A stretch of DNA of 64,000 bases from Alkalispirochaeta sp. (GTDB lineage Bacteria > Spirochaetota > Spirochaetia > DSM-27196 > Alkalispirochaetaceae), in the NCBI GenBank assembly GCA_965242725.1, contig CBDESZ010000031.1:32001-96000 (forward strand). The letters are read 5' to 3'. The position numbers were made by a program, and so were the translations under genes. Below, piece by piece: positions 27,728 through 37,759 of this stretch. The notes under the pieces are model-generated. The model made no database searches. It was not told where the DNA came from and saw nothing but the letters and a program-made list of their open reading frames with translations. How positions within the stretch are numbered: position 1 is the first letter of the stretch; every line of letters starts with the position of its first letter.

Positions 27728-28984
27728 ATGAGAAAACTGGGAATTATCCTGTTAATGGTCGTTGTGGCCACGGGAGCAGTCTTCGCGTCGGGTTCGGCGG
27801 AGAGAGGGGGCGGAGACATTACGTTGATGCAGAACAAACCTGAAATCGACTCAATGCTTCAGGATTACGGTGCCGAGTGGTCCGCCGATTCGGGAATCGG
27901 TATCACCATCAAGTCGGTTGGCGGGTCATCAGGCACGACGCTGGGTCAACAGCTGCGGGCGGATTATACCGCAGGGGAAATGCCGGACATTTTCATCATT
28001 GCAGGAATCGAGGATTACCGGGAGTGGGAAAGCCTCATTCTTGACCTCTCAGACGAGGAATGGGCAGACGAGACGTCGGTGGCGTTTACCGTCGACGGCA
28101 AGGTGTATGGATTTCCCGTTGCGATCGAGGGGTGGGGCATGGCGTACAATGAAGATATTCTGGACGCCGCCGGAGTTGATCCGGCTACCCTGACAAATTT
28201 CCGTGCATACCGTGCCGCTTTTGAAAAAATGGATGCCATGAAGGACGAACTCGGTATCGACTCCGTCGTATCGATGGCGGCATCAGCGGACATGGGATGG
28301 GTTACCGCCCACCACAATTTCAACTCTCTTCTTTCCAACGGCCTTCCCTATGGGGATATGAGTGTCGTGAGGGATCTCCAGAACGGAACGGTTGACCAGC
28401 AGCGTCTGCGGGAATATGCGGATTGGGTGGAACTCCTGTTTACCTACGCCGATCCTACGGTCCTCACGACGGGCAACTACGACGCCCAGGTCGGCGCATT
28501 TGCGACCGGTAAGGCCGCCTTTCTGCACCAGGGTAACTGGGTTGACCCCAACATGGACGCCGCGGGAGCGACATTTCCAATGGCTTTTGCGCCTCACGGT
28601 TCAATGCGTCGGAACACCGACGGGATCTTTGTTTCCGCGCCCTCTTTCTACGTCATTAACGCCGAGTCGGAAAATATTGAAGCCGCCAAAAAGTTCCTCA
28701 CCGATATGGTATATACCGACGCAGGTCAGCGTTTCATGGTTGAAGAAGCGGGTATGATCCCCGCCTTCTCAAATGTGGAACTCAATCCTTCCGGTCAACT
28801 CTCCCGATCGGTGCAACGGTGGTCGGCGGCGGGCAAGGTGTACTCATGGAATCAATACCAGTTTTCCGGTGAGTTTCGTGACCAGGTTCTGGCGCCGATT
28901 TACAACCAGTTTGCGACCGGCAGTATATCAAAGGCACAGTTCATCCAGGAGATGACCCGGGCATTTGAAAACCGGACAAATTAG
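27728..28984 (+). CDS. Carbohydrate ABC transporter substrate-binding protein (CUT1)
   Basis: AAGGAGG SD; signal peptide; PDIF, DGKVYGFP, FATGKAAF.HQGNW. Confidence 0.92.
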   Translation: MRKLGIILLMVVVATGAVFASGSAERGGGDITLMQNKPEIDSMLQDYGAEWSADSGIGITIKSVGGSSGTTLGQQLRADYTAGEMPDIFIIAGIEDYREWESLILDLSDEEWADETSVAFTVDGKVYGFPVAIEGWGMAYNEDILDAAGVDPATLTNFRAYRAAFEKMDAMKDELGIDSVVSMAASADMGWVTAHHNFNSLLSNGLPYGDMSVVRDLQNGTVDQQRLREYADWVELLFTYADPTVLTTGNYDAQVGAFATGKAAFLHQGNWVDPNMDAAGATFPMAFAPHGSMRRNTDGIFVSAPSFYVINAESENIEAAKKFLTDMVYTDAGQRFMVEEAGMIPAFSNVELNPSGQLSRSVQRWSAAGKVYSWNQYQFSGEFRDQVLAPIYNQFATGSISKAQFIQEMTRAFENRTN

Positions 28985-29018
28985 GTATTCGGTGTCCGAG
29001 TACGTCAGGTACAGTGCA

Positions 29019-29056
29019 GGGCCGTTGAAGCGAGGGTGTCCCCCCTTCAACGGCCC
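29019..29056 (+). terminator. Intercistronic stem-loop after the SBP gene
   Basis: GGGCCGTTGAAG...CTTCAACGGCCC. Confidence 0.6.
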
Positions 29057-29071
29057 GTTATGGAGTTCGGT

Positions 29072-29992
29072 ATGAACAGCTTTCATCGGAATAACGCGGT
29101 GTTCTGGGTTTTTCTTGCCCCCGTCCTTTTCGCATTCATCATGATCGTCGCCGTTCCCTTTGTGATCGGTGCATTCTACTCGTTCACGGATTGGAACGCG
29201 ACGGCCAGGGCCGGACAGGGACTCAGCTTTGTGGGAATGAGGAACTTCACACGCAGCTTTCAGGATCCCGCGTTTCTGTACTCATTCATTATCACGACGA
29301 TTTACACGGTGGTGAACGTCGCGGTGATAAATGTGGTTGCCGTCGTTCTCGCCCTGGCGGTGACGAGCAGGCTGAAGTTTCGCAACGTCTATCGGATGGG
29401 TTTTTTTATTCCCTATCTTATCGGCGGATTGATTCTCGGATATCTGTGGCAGTTCGTATTCAACAATGCCGTTCCCGCGGTGGGCAACGCCGTTCCCATA
29501 CTTTCGGGACTTGCCGATCCGGAAAACCTCATGCTCCGTCAGGTCCCGACGGCGATCCTTGCGCTGGTGATCGTCGGAAGCTGGCAGTATGCGGGGTATA
29601 TCATGATGATATATGTCGCGGCGATTGAAGGAGTGCCGGGCGAGCTGTACGAAGCCGCTCAAATCGACGGTGCGACGAGCTGGCAGAAGTTCCGCGCCAT
29701 TACCGTACCCATGATTGCCCAGGCATTCACAATCACCATGTTCCTCACGCTGGTAAACTCGTTCAAGCAGTTTGACGTGAACTACTCATTGACCGCAGGG
29801 GGGCCGGCGACTTCATTCATGGGAGAGTCGATATTCGGTACGGAACTCCTTGCTATGAACATTTACAATGTCGCTTTTGTTGGCAATAACCTTGCTGCGG
29901 GCCAGGCGAGGGCGGTGATCTTCTTTGTCGTCATCGTCGTCTTTTCGCTGATTCAGGTTTCCATAAATAAACGGAAGGAGCTGGAGTTATGA
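29072..29992 (+). CDS. Carbohydrate ABC transporter permease
   Basis: EAA loop ELYEAAQIDGA; multiple TM segments. Confidence 0.92.
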   Translation: MNSFHRNNAVFWVFLAPVLFAFIMIVAVPFVIGAFYSFTDWNATARAGQGLSFVGMRNFTRSFQDPAFLYSFIITTIYTVVNVAVINVVAVVLALAVTSRLKFRNVYRMGFFIPYLIGGLILGYLWQFVFNNAVPAVGNAVPILSGLADPENLMLRQVPTAILALVIVGSWQYAGYIMMIYVAAIEGVPGELYEAAQIDGATSWQKFRAITVPMIAQAFTITMFLTLVNSFKQFDVNYSLTAGGPATSFMGESIFGTELLAMNIYNVAFVGNNLAAGQARAVIFFVVIVVFSLIQVSINKRKELEL

Positions 29993-30843
29993 GGGGAAAC
30001 GGGAAACTCTATCTCATTGAGTTCTTCATGGTCGCCTTTCTTCTGATGTACCTCTATCCCTTTGTGATTGTGGTAATCAATTCCGCAAAGGATGCCTTTT
30101 CCGTCACCCAGTACCCGATGCGCCTGCCGGAACGGTGGAGTCAGCTTTTCATCAATATGGAAACGATCTGGACGAGTAGAAATATACGGTATTCGTCGTC
30201 ATTCTTCTCGTCCGTTATCATTACCGCCCTCTCTCTGGTATTCGTCACGATTTTCCCGGCGATGGGGGCGTGGGTTCTCGTACGGACCAAGACGAAAACG
30301 TCGAAAGTCATCTTTCTCGTTTTTGTCGCGGCTATGGTCATTCCCTTCCAGATCGTCATGTTTCCCCTTATTACATGGTTCAGAACGGTCTTCCAGGTAA
30401 CGGGACTGCGGTTGTTGCGCACCTATTTCGGTATCGTTCTCGCCTATCTCGGTTTCGGCCTCTCCCTGTCGGTGTTTGTGTACCATGGGTTCATAAAAAA
30501 TATTCCCTATGAGTTGGAAGAGGCGTCCATTATCGACGGCTGTAAAATGCCGGAGGTCTTCTTCAGAATCATCGTTCCCCTCCTGACCCCCGTCCATGCG
30601 ACAATCGGAATTCTCCACGGTATGTGGATCTGGAACGACTTTCTCCTGCCCCTCCTGGTGCTCGGAAAGGGCAACCGCATTCAGACGTTGCCGCTGGCGG
30701 TGGCAAACTTTGCGGGCGCCTATGTCAAACAGTGGGATCTCATCCTTACTGCAATACTCATGGCGATGATTCCCGTGTTAGTATTCTTCTTCATTGCACA
30801 AAAGAAGATCGTCAAAGGAATGGTTGCGGGATCAATCAAATAG
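29989..30843 (+). CDS. Carbohydrate ABC transporter permease
   Basis: ELEEASIIDG, WNDFLLP. Confidence 0.92.
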   Translation: MRGNGKLYLIEFFMVAFLLMYLYPFVIVVINSAKDAFSVTQYPMRLPERWSQLFINMETIWTSRNIRYSSSFFSSVIITALSLVFVTIFPAMGAWVLVRTKTKTSKVIFLVFVAAMVIPFQIVMFPLITWFRTVFQVTGLRLLRTYFGIVLAYLGFGLSLSVFVYHGFIKNIPYELEEASIIDGCKMPEVFFRIIVPLLTPVHATIGILHGMWIWNDFLLPLLVLGKGNRIQTLPLAVANFAGAYVKQWDLILTAILMAMIPVLVFFFIAQKKIVKGMVAGSIK

Positions 30844-30845
30844 TA

Positions 30846-31880
30846 ATGGCACGAATCACGATTAACGATATCGCACGAATCTCGGGGTACTCAAAGACAA
30901 GTGTTTCCTTCGCCTTTAACGATCCCGGTCGTATAAGCGCGAAGGCACGGGCGCGAATACTGGGCGTGGCGAATGAACTGGGCTATATCCCCGACCCGTT
31001 GGCACGGAATCTCAGTCTCCGCCGTCACGGATCGATCGGACTGCTTCTGCCCGAGGTGATACCCGTTTCCTTTCTCAATACGCATCTCTCGCAGATCGTC
31101 CGGGGCATCGGCGAAATATGCGAGGAACACGGTCATTCTCTCACCCTCATACCACCGTTACGGGAGTCCGTTCAGGAGGGCGTGCGCAACGCGGCGGTGG
31201 ACGGACTGATCACAATCGGGCTGGAACCGGGAATGGAGACTGTTGCCCTCATCAAGCGGCGCCATTTGCCCTTTGTGACGATCGACGGACGAAGCGGCGG
31301 CGGGTTTCCCGTCGTCGGCATCGACGACGCGGCGGCGGCAGAGCTGGCGATGGATTATATTCTCTCCCTGGGCCACAGGAATATCGCGGTCATATCCTTC
31401 CTTGACGAACCGCAGCTTGCAACACGTTCCCACGTGAAAACCCGGCGATTGGAGGGATATCGGCGTGCATTTTCCGCGCGCAGTGACGTCCGTTTCTCCG
31501 ATGTGCGCTTCCTGGAAACGGAATCCACAACCGACGGAGGATTTCGAGTTGCCACGGAACTTCTGAACGGGGGATCGCCCCCGACGGCGATTGTGGCGAT
31601 GAGCGACATAATAGCCCTCGGCGTCCTCAGGGCCCTTGAAGAGGCGGCAATCCCCGTTCCCCGACGTGTTTCCGTGATCGGCTTTGATGATATTCCGGAG
31701 GCCTCCCTTGTGCGTCCGCCCCTTACGACGATCGCGCAGCCCGGTTATGAAAAAGGGCGACGGGCCGCGGATATCCTCATGCATATGGTCGGCGGTAGAA
31801 AAACCACGGAAGAGTATCGTTTGCACCACGAGCTCGTACAGAGAGGGACGTGCGGACCACCACCGGATCGTGTTGTCTAA
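30846..31880 (+). CDS. LacI family transcriptional regulator
   Basis: ITINDIARISGYSKTSVS HTH; SVIGFDD; LTTIAQP. Confidence 0.93.
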   Translation: MARITINDIARISGYSKTSVSFAFNDPGRISAKARARILGVANELGYIPDPLARNLSLRRHGSIGLLLPEVIPVSFLNTHLSQIVRGIGEICEEHGHSLTLIPPLRESVQEGVRNAAVDGLITIGLEPGMETVALIKRRHLPFVTIDGRSGGGFPVVGIDDAAAAELAMDYILSLGHRNIAVISFLDEPQLATRSHVKTRRLEGYRRAFSARSDVRFSDVRFLETESTTDGGFRVATELLNGGSPPTAIVAMSDIIALGVLRALEEAAIPVPRRVSVIGFDDIPEASLVRPPLTTIAQPGYEKGRRAADILMHMVGGRKTTEEYRLHHELVQRGTCGPPPDRVV

Positions 31881-31907
31881 GACCGAATCCGCCGATACGA
31901 TCGAGGT

Positions 31908-33881
31908 GTGGATACCTATCACACCAATCTGATTCGACCGCTCACCGAAGAGTTGGAAAGCAGCGTCAACCAGAACCCGCTGCTCAATATTGACACCTTT
32001 CTGATACCCAGCCCCTATATACGGGAGTCGAATATAGGAAAAGACTACGATCACAGTTATGTGTGGGTGGAGGAAGGGGAACTTCTGGGGTATATCCTGG
32101 TATACTCGAACCGGTCCAATACCTCCTATCTCATATACAAGCTGGTCATCAGTCCCTTTGCCCGCGGGCGGGGAATCGGATCGGCGCTGGTCCAGCGCCT
32201 GCTTCAAACAATTGCGGCGGATGCATCGGTGTATCTCTTTGTCTGGGAGAAGCACAGCGATACCCTTGAGTTTTTTGTAAAGCGCGGCTTCAAGGCCGGC
32301 GAGTCTGTGGTCTATCGCAATCTCGTCTTCTTTTACCTCCACGGAACGAGCGGCGATATCCTCACCAACGCAGAAACGTCCTCCGCTGTAGAGATGGACG
32401 CCACCGAGGAGATCGGTCGTACCCGACACGACGCCAGAAAGACGATACGTCTCCTCTCCAATATGGTGGATATGCTTTCCATAGAGAATTGCGGAAGGAT
32501 CATTGAGGATATCAACCGGGAGACAACCTCTCTGGTAAATACCCTCAACGCCTTCCGGGACTCGATGTCGCGAATTCACGAAGTGAATATCACTGACCTC
32601 ATTCTCGAGAGAATCGTACCGTATGTGGGGACCTCATCGGTGCGGTGTGAATTGCGGCTCAAGCTGCAGAAGACGAATGTCCTCGTACTCGGCAACTACG
32701 TGAGTTTCGGTCGAGCCTTTGTCAATATTGTCGCCAATGCGCTTGAATCGATCGCCATGTCCCGACGGGAGTTCGGTATCCTTGAGGTGAAGATCGGGGA
32801 GAGCGATCAAGGTCCCTTTATCCGGTTTCGGGACAACGGCATCGGCATGTCCCCGGAACAGCTGAAACGCGGTGCCGACGGCGTTCCCGCCTTTGTCGGC
32901 AAGACGACCAAGGACCGACGGGAAGGCGAGGGACTTGGTTCGATACAGATCTTCAGTACCTTCGGACCGGAATACGTCGATGTGGAAAGCGTGCCGGGAA
33001 GGGGTTGCGCATGGACGATCCGCTTCAGAAAGGCATCCAGCGACAATGACCCGTGGTATTCCCGACTGGAACAGCGATACTATCTGATCACCACCCTGAC
33101 GGAGGTGAAAATTCCCGATACGGCGTCGTCGCGACAGGAAATGATCGCCTTCATCTGGCAGACGCGACAAATCGAAATCTTCCTCTTTGATGTGATTCTC
33201 CATTTCAGTGCCTACCAGAACATTCGTTCCATATTTCGCTCGCTCCTCTCGTTCCTGCAGGGCGACATGGACGCCGAGAAACTGCGCCGATTTGTCGACC
33301 GGCTGCGCGTTGATCGCCCCGTCCTGAGGCGGTGGATGACCCACACCGCGGAAACGGTCCGTGAGCGGTGGCGGGTCATCTCGGAGCTGCAGGAGACAAC
33401 GGACCTCCGGGGCGCGATGCTCAAGAGTTACGGACAGGCGATAGAAAACGTGATGATCTTCACCCTCAATCCGGAAACGGGACGGACTTTTGTCACCGAT
33501 CGGAAACTGGCGGAACATCTGGACTTTGCACCCTATCTGGGAGCCCGGAAGGAACGGCTGTTGCGGGGAGAGTTTACCGGTGACATCAATAACGACGAGA
33601 GGCCGATCTTCCTCGGTGTCTGGAATATCGGCTCCGAGGAGGACCTGATGAATAAGCTGCAGCTCCTCCGCGCGGGGGCGCGAAAACTCGTGGAAATCGG
33701 CATACACCGGGAAAAAAAGCTCGCCTTCTACCAGACCACATATATCCGCCACTCCCGGGACATCGACAGTGACGCGGTCACGACTTTTGGTGAATTCTCG
33801 GGCCTCGATGACGGAGAATTACTTCGATACGCCCGCGAAGCAGACGACGAACTGCAGGGATATCTCTCGGGGGTGGACTGA
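31908..33881 (+). CDS. GNAT acetyltransferase / histidine kinase-like ATPase fusion with unknown C-terminal domain
   Basis: GNAT motif A ARGRGIGSAL and FFVKRGF; H-box-like RHDARK; NIVANALES; DNGIGMS; TTK...GEGLG. Confidence 0.8.
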   Translation: MDTYHTNLIRPLTEELESSVNQNPLLNIDTFLIPSPYIRESNIGKDYDHSYVWVEEGELLGYILVYSNRSNTSYLIYKLVISPFARGRGIGSALVQRLLQTIAADASVYLFVWEKHSDTLEFFVKRGFKAGESVVYRNLVFFYLHGTSGDILTNAETSSAVEMDATEEIGRTRHDARKTIRLLSNMVDMLSIENCGRIIEDINRETTSLVNTLNAFRDSMSRIHEVNITDLILERIVPYVGTSSVRCELRLKLQKTNVLVLGNYVSFGRAFVNIVANALESIAMSRREFGILEVKIGESDQGPFIRFRDNGIGMSPEQLKRGADGVPAFVGKTTKDRREGEGLGSIQIFSTFGPEYVDVESVPGRGCAWTIRFRKASSDNDPWYSRLEQRYYLITTLTEVKIPDTASSRQEMIAFIWQTRQIEIFLFDVILHFSAYQNIRSIFRSLLSFLQGDMDAEKLRRFVDRLRVDRPVLRRWMTHTAETVRERWRVISELQETTDLRGAMLKSYGQAIENVMIFTLNPETGRTFVTDRKLAEHLDFAPYLGARKERLLRGEFTGDINNDERPIFLGVWNIGSEEDLMNKLQLLRAGARKLVEIGIHREKKLAFYQTTYIRHSRDIDSDAVTTFGEFSGLDDGELLRYAREADDELQGYLSGVD

Positions 33882-33987
33882 TTTCATCCACCCCGCGATG
33901 CTGTGCGACCGGTAGCCCGGCCGGAAGAGTCAACGCTTCGGGGACGACCCGCCCCCCGGCCGCCCCCGGCCCCCCGGCCCGGGTCCG

Positions 33988-34668
33988 TCAGAGGCGCAAC
34001 GTTCCCAGCCCGCCGTCGACTCCGAGAATCTGTCCGGTGATCCAGGAGCTTTTCTCTCCCGACAGAAACGCAATGGCTTCAGCGATATCGTCGGGCCGCC
34101 CGATCCTCCCGAGGGGGTGACGTTTCCCCATGCGGTCCCGCTTCTCGTCAGTGTCGACGAGATGGCGAGTGAGATCGGAATCGGTAAGGGACGGTGCGAC
34201 CGCGTTAAACCGGATACCTTTCGGGGCGTATTCCGCGGCCAGTGACCTGACCAACCCCTCCAGTGCGCCCTTTGCCTGAGCGACGGACGCGTGGAATCCC
34301 ATACCCGTCTGGGCCGCCACGGTTGAAACGACCACTACCGACGGGTGGGTTCCCTTCATCAGTCTGGGAAGGGCAACCTGAAGGATTCTGATGAATCCCG
34401 CCACATTCACCTCCCAGTCTTCCCGAAAGTGGTCCAGAGTAATGCGTTGAAACGCCGCCAGACGGACCGTACCCGGAAAGTAGAGAAGACCGTCGAGCGT
34501 ATCGGGAAGCTCCGCGAGATCGCCCCGGACGTAGTCGGACACCACCGTTGCGCCGGGAATATCCTTCCGGGACCACTGAATAACCGCTGCTCCCTGATCC
34601 TTCAGGATCGTCACCGTTTCGCCGGCCAGGGCGGAGCTTGCCCCGACCACCAGTACCGTTCTTTTCAT
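33988..34668 (-). CDS. SDR family oxidoreductase (atypical catalytic motif)
   Basis: VGASSALA; VAQAKG replaces YxxxK; SWITGQILGVDGG. Confidence 0.85.
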   Translation of the reverse strand: MKRTVLVVGASSALAGETVTILKDQGAAVIQWSRKDIPGATVVSDYVRGDLAELPDTLDGLLYFPGTVRLAAFQRITLDHFREDWEVNVAGFIRILQVALPRLMKGTHPSVVVVSTVAAQTGMGFHASVAQAKGALEGLVRSLAAEYAPKGIRFNAVAPSLTDSDLTRHLVDTDEKRDRMGKRHPLGRIGRPDDIAEAIAFLSGEKSSWITGQILGVDGGLGTLRL

Positions 34669-34709
34669 ACGTATATTATACAACCGCCGTGCCCTTCCGA
34701 TTGAGTTAT

Positions 34710-34738
34710 TTGACACGTCGGGGAGGTCGATTTACGCT
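34710..34738 (+). promoter_or_regulatory. Sigma70 promoter for cfa
   Basis: TTGACA-N17-TACGCT. Confidence 0.6.
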
Positions 34739-34765
34739 TTAGGTACGGTCCGGAGGTTGCGTGCC

Positions 34766-35890
34766 GTGAATGGACAGGACACCCGGTATCGTCGCAAGGT
34801 CGAAGCGCTCCTGCAGGGGACGGACATCCGGATTGGGGGCGACCGGCCGTGGGATATCCGGGTCAAAAACCCTCATTTTTTCAGGAAAGTTATTACCCAG
34901 GGAGCTCTGGGTCTCGGTGAATCCTACATGAACGAGTGGTGGGACAGCCCCCGGCTCGATGAGCTCATGACAAGGGTGCTCGCCGCTGGACTCGACAGGG
35001 CCGTTATCGCCCGCGTACTGGCGCTGGATCTCGTCGCAGCCATTCTTTTCAATCTTCAAAATCGAACGCGGGCGTGGATGATCGGACGCCGCCACTACGA
35101 CATCGGTAACGACCTGTACCGTCGGATGCTGGACCGCAACCTGATATACAGCTGCGGGTACTGGAAATCCGCGGATACCCTGGACGAAGCCCAGGAGGCA
35201 AAGGTCGACCTCGTCTGCCGCAAGCTTCAATTGCAGCCCCATATGCGGGTGCTCGATATCGGGTGCGGCTGGGGAGGCGCGGCAAAGTACGTGGCGGAAC
35301 GGTACGGCTGTTCCGTGGTGGGCGTCACCGTCTCCGAAGAACAGTACCGATTCGGCAAGGAGCTCTGTCGCGGGCTCCCGGTGGAAATTCGACTGCAGGA
35401 TTATCGTGACATCAGGGAAAACTTCGACCGGGTCTACTCCATAGGAATGTTTGAACATGTGGGTTACCGCAACTACCACCGGTTCATGAAGATCGTACGC
35501 TCCATTCTCCCCGAACACGGCCTCTTTCTGCTCCATACCATCGGGGGGAACCGCTCGGTCAGGACGACCGATCCATGGATTAAGCGATACATCTTCCCCA
35601 ACGGGATGCTGCCGTCGGTACGTCAGGTGGGTACTGCCATTGACGACCTCTTTGTCATGGAAGACTGGCACAATTTTGGTACCGACTACGATACGACGTT
35701 AATGCACTGGTTCAGTAACTTCGACGCGGCGTGGCCGGAGCTCGCCGAGCGCTACGGCCGGCGATTCTATCGCTTGTGGAAGTACTACCTGCTCACCTCA
35801 GCCGCCAGTTTTCGGGTGCGAAAGAACCAGCTCTGGCAGGTCGTTCTCTCCGCGGGCGGCGTTCCGGGCGGGTATGCGGCACCGCGGTGA
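34766..35890 (+). CDS. cfa: Cyclopropane fatty acyl phospholipid synthase
   Basis: LGLGESYM, HYDIGN, YSCGYW, LDIGCGWG, SIGMFEHVG, YIFPNG. Confidence 0.95.
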   Translation: MNGQDTRYRRKVEALLQGTDIRIGGDRPWDIRVKNPHFFRKVITQGALGLGESYMNEWWDSPRLDELMTRVLAAGLDRAVIARVLALDLVAAILFNLQNRTRAWMIGRRHYDIGNDLYRRMLDRNLIYSCGYWKSADTLDEAQEAKVDLVCRKLQLQPHMRVLDIGCGWGGAAKYVAERYGCSVVGVTVSEEQYRFGKELCRGLPVEIRLQDYRDIRENFDRVYSIGMFEHVGYRNYHRFMKIVRSILPEHGLFLLHTIGGNRSVRTTDPWIKRYIFPNGMLPSVRQVGTAIDDLFVMEDWHNFGTDYDTTLMHWFSNFDAAWPELAERYGRRFYRLWKYYLLTSAASFRVRKNQLWQVVLSAGGVPGGYAAPR

Positions 35891-35933
35891 GAGGCGGGTG
35901 GATATTCGGCGCATCGGACAAATGTGTCACATC

Positions 35934-36488
35934 CTAGAAAGTTGGCGGTGAGTCGATCCAGATAGCCGTCGAAGGCTTGTCCGAAATATTACGAATTTTG
36001 TGGGGTTGCTCCGAGTTGATGGTTATGCTGTCTCCGGCGTTGAGAATATAAATTGTCCCGTCGATGGTAACTTCGAGTTTTCCTTCCAGAACGATGCCGC
36101 ATTCCACCCCTTCATGACGGATCTCGTCGCCTGTTTCCGCGCCGGGTTGAAATTCGTTGTAGAGAACTTCGATGGGACTGTCTTTGTGAACTCGAGTCAT
36201 GGGATAATAATTAATGCCGTTTGAGGTACGGGCGAGCTGTCGCTCGCTTTTCCTGACGACGGGGCTGTCATCCGGTTCAGCGGTATCAAAGAAAGTTCCG
36301 GCCGGAGTATTCAGTGCTTTTGAGATTGCCAGTAGTGTCGTGATTGACGGATTTGCCTTTGAGTTTTCTATCTGACTGAGCAGGCTTTCTGTCAGTCCCG
36401 TCATGTGGGCAACATCACTGAGTGTAAGGTTCTGCTCACGACGGATTTCTTTGATTTTCTGCCCCATCGTATGGAGTAATTCCTTCAC
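35934..36488 (-). CDS. XRE-family HTH-cupin regulator, divergent from the iol operon
   Basis: LSQIENSKANPS HTH; cupin HEGVE...LEG...GDS...PH. Confidence 0.9.
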   Translation of the reverse strand: MKELLHTMGQKIKEIRREQNLTLSDVAHMTGLTESLLSQIENSKANPSITTLLAISKALNTPAGTFFDTAEPDDSPVVRKSERQLARTSNGINYYPMTRVHKDSPIEVLYNEFQPGAETGDEIRHEGVECGIVLEGKLEVTIDGTIYILNAGDSITINSEQPHKIRNISDKPSTAIWIDSPPTF

Positions 36489-36677
36489 CTATATCCTCCG
36501 GAAATAAAATCATACCACTCGGTCAGTCCGGGGCGCAACAGAACACGTCGAGGTCTCAGCCGTGAAACTGTGAACCTGCCGATATTATAACACGAATAAA
36601 AATTAAATAATATTAAAGTTGACAGCAGATGAGACGGGTGATAGGGTTTAAATATAATTGAAATCGGAGGTGCGGCA

Positions 36678-37743
36678 ATGATGCAGAAAGTTTCCTTTTT
36701 ACATGGACCCCACGACTTGAAAGTCCATGAGGTAGAGGTTCCGTCCCCGGGTCCCGGGCAGGTTCTCATCAAGGTCAAAACGTGTGGAATTTGCGGTTCC
36801 GACGTGGAGTGTTTTGAAGGCAATAGCGCGGAAGGGCGCTACGATATCGCCCCGTACACGCCTGGTCACGAGTGGGCGGGAGAGATCATCGAGGTTGGCG
36901 CAAACTGTATGAGCGGACTCAAAGTAGGCAACAAGGTGATTGGTGACTGCGTGATGGGTTGCGGCAAATGCTACAATTGTAAGGAAGGCCGGATGCCCTC
37001 GGCGTGTCTGAATTTCCGTGAAATCGGGTTTCGACCGGACTCTCCCGGTGGTATGGGGGAATACATGGTCGTAGAGGAAGAGTACGTCCATGCCTTCCCC
37101 GACGATTGGAGCTGGGAACTCGGCGCCTGGCATGAACCATTTTCGATCGGTTATTACGGTGTGTGGGGGAAACGGTCACCATATCGACGCAAGTGATACG
37201 GCCCTCATTCTCGGTGCCGGTCCCATCGGTATGACCGCCGCAATCGTCGCAATGGCCAGCGGTGCAAAAGTGATCGTGGCTGATCCTCTGGAATCCCGTC
37301 GTCAGCGAGCGTTGAAATACGGTGTCGATGTAGCCCTCGATCCTTCCAGTAATTTTGTGCAAAAGGTGATGGACAATACCGCCGGTCGTGGCGCCGACGT
37401 TATGGTTGAATGCTCCGGTAACGACAACGCCCTCGCTTCTCTCTTTGACGTTGGCAGCCATAGCGCCCGGGTTCACCTCGTAGGTCATTCCATCGGTCGA
37501 AAGGTCCCGGTCGAGATTGGTAAGACGATCTGGAAGACATTCACAATCACCGGTTCCGGCGGCACCAAGAATTTCGCCCAGCGGACGATCCGCTTCATGG
37601 ACCGCATCAAGGACAAGTACGATATCACCGGACTTACCACGCATCGCTTTGACTTTGAAAAGATTCAGGATGCCTTTGATGTTGCGGTTCACGAAAAAGC
37701 GGCGGCGCTCAAGGTAATGCTGCAGATCGACAAGGACCTGTAG
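36678..37743 (+). pseudogene. Zn-dependent (MDR) sugar-alcohol/inosose dehydrogenase, split by a +1 frameshift near 37165 (likely sequencing error)
   Basis: CGICGSD, GHE and CxxCxxC in ORF 36678..37196; GAGPIG continues in another frame; removing one G from the G5 run restores WGNGHHID. Confidence 0.8.
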
Positions 37744-37759
37744 GGAAGGTGCGGGAAAG

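Noticed and set aside
33945..33986. CCCCCGG repeats / possible G-quadruplex between convergent genes
   Set aside because: Short low-complexity tract with no further support for function
37090..37196. Programmed ribosomal frameshift in the Zn-dehydrogenase (GGGGGAAAC)
   Set aside because: The slippery-looking site is better explained by a homopolymer indel, given similar errors nearby; no precedent known to me in this family
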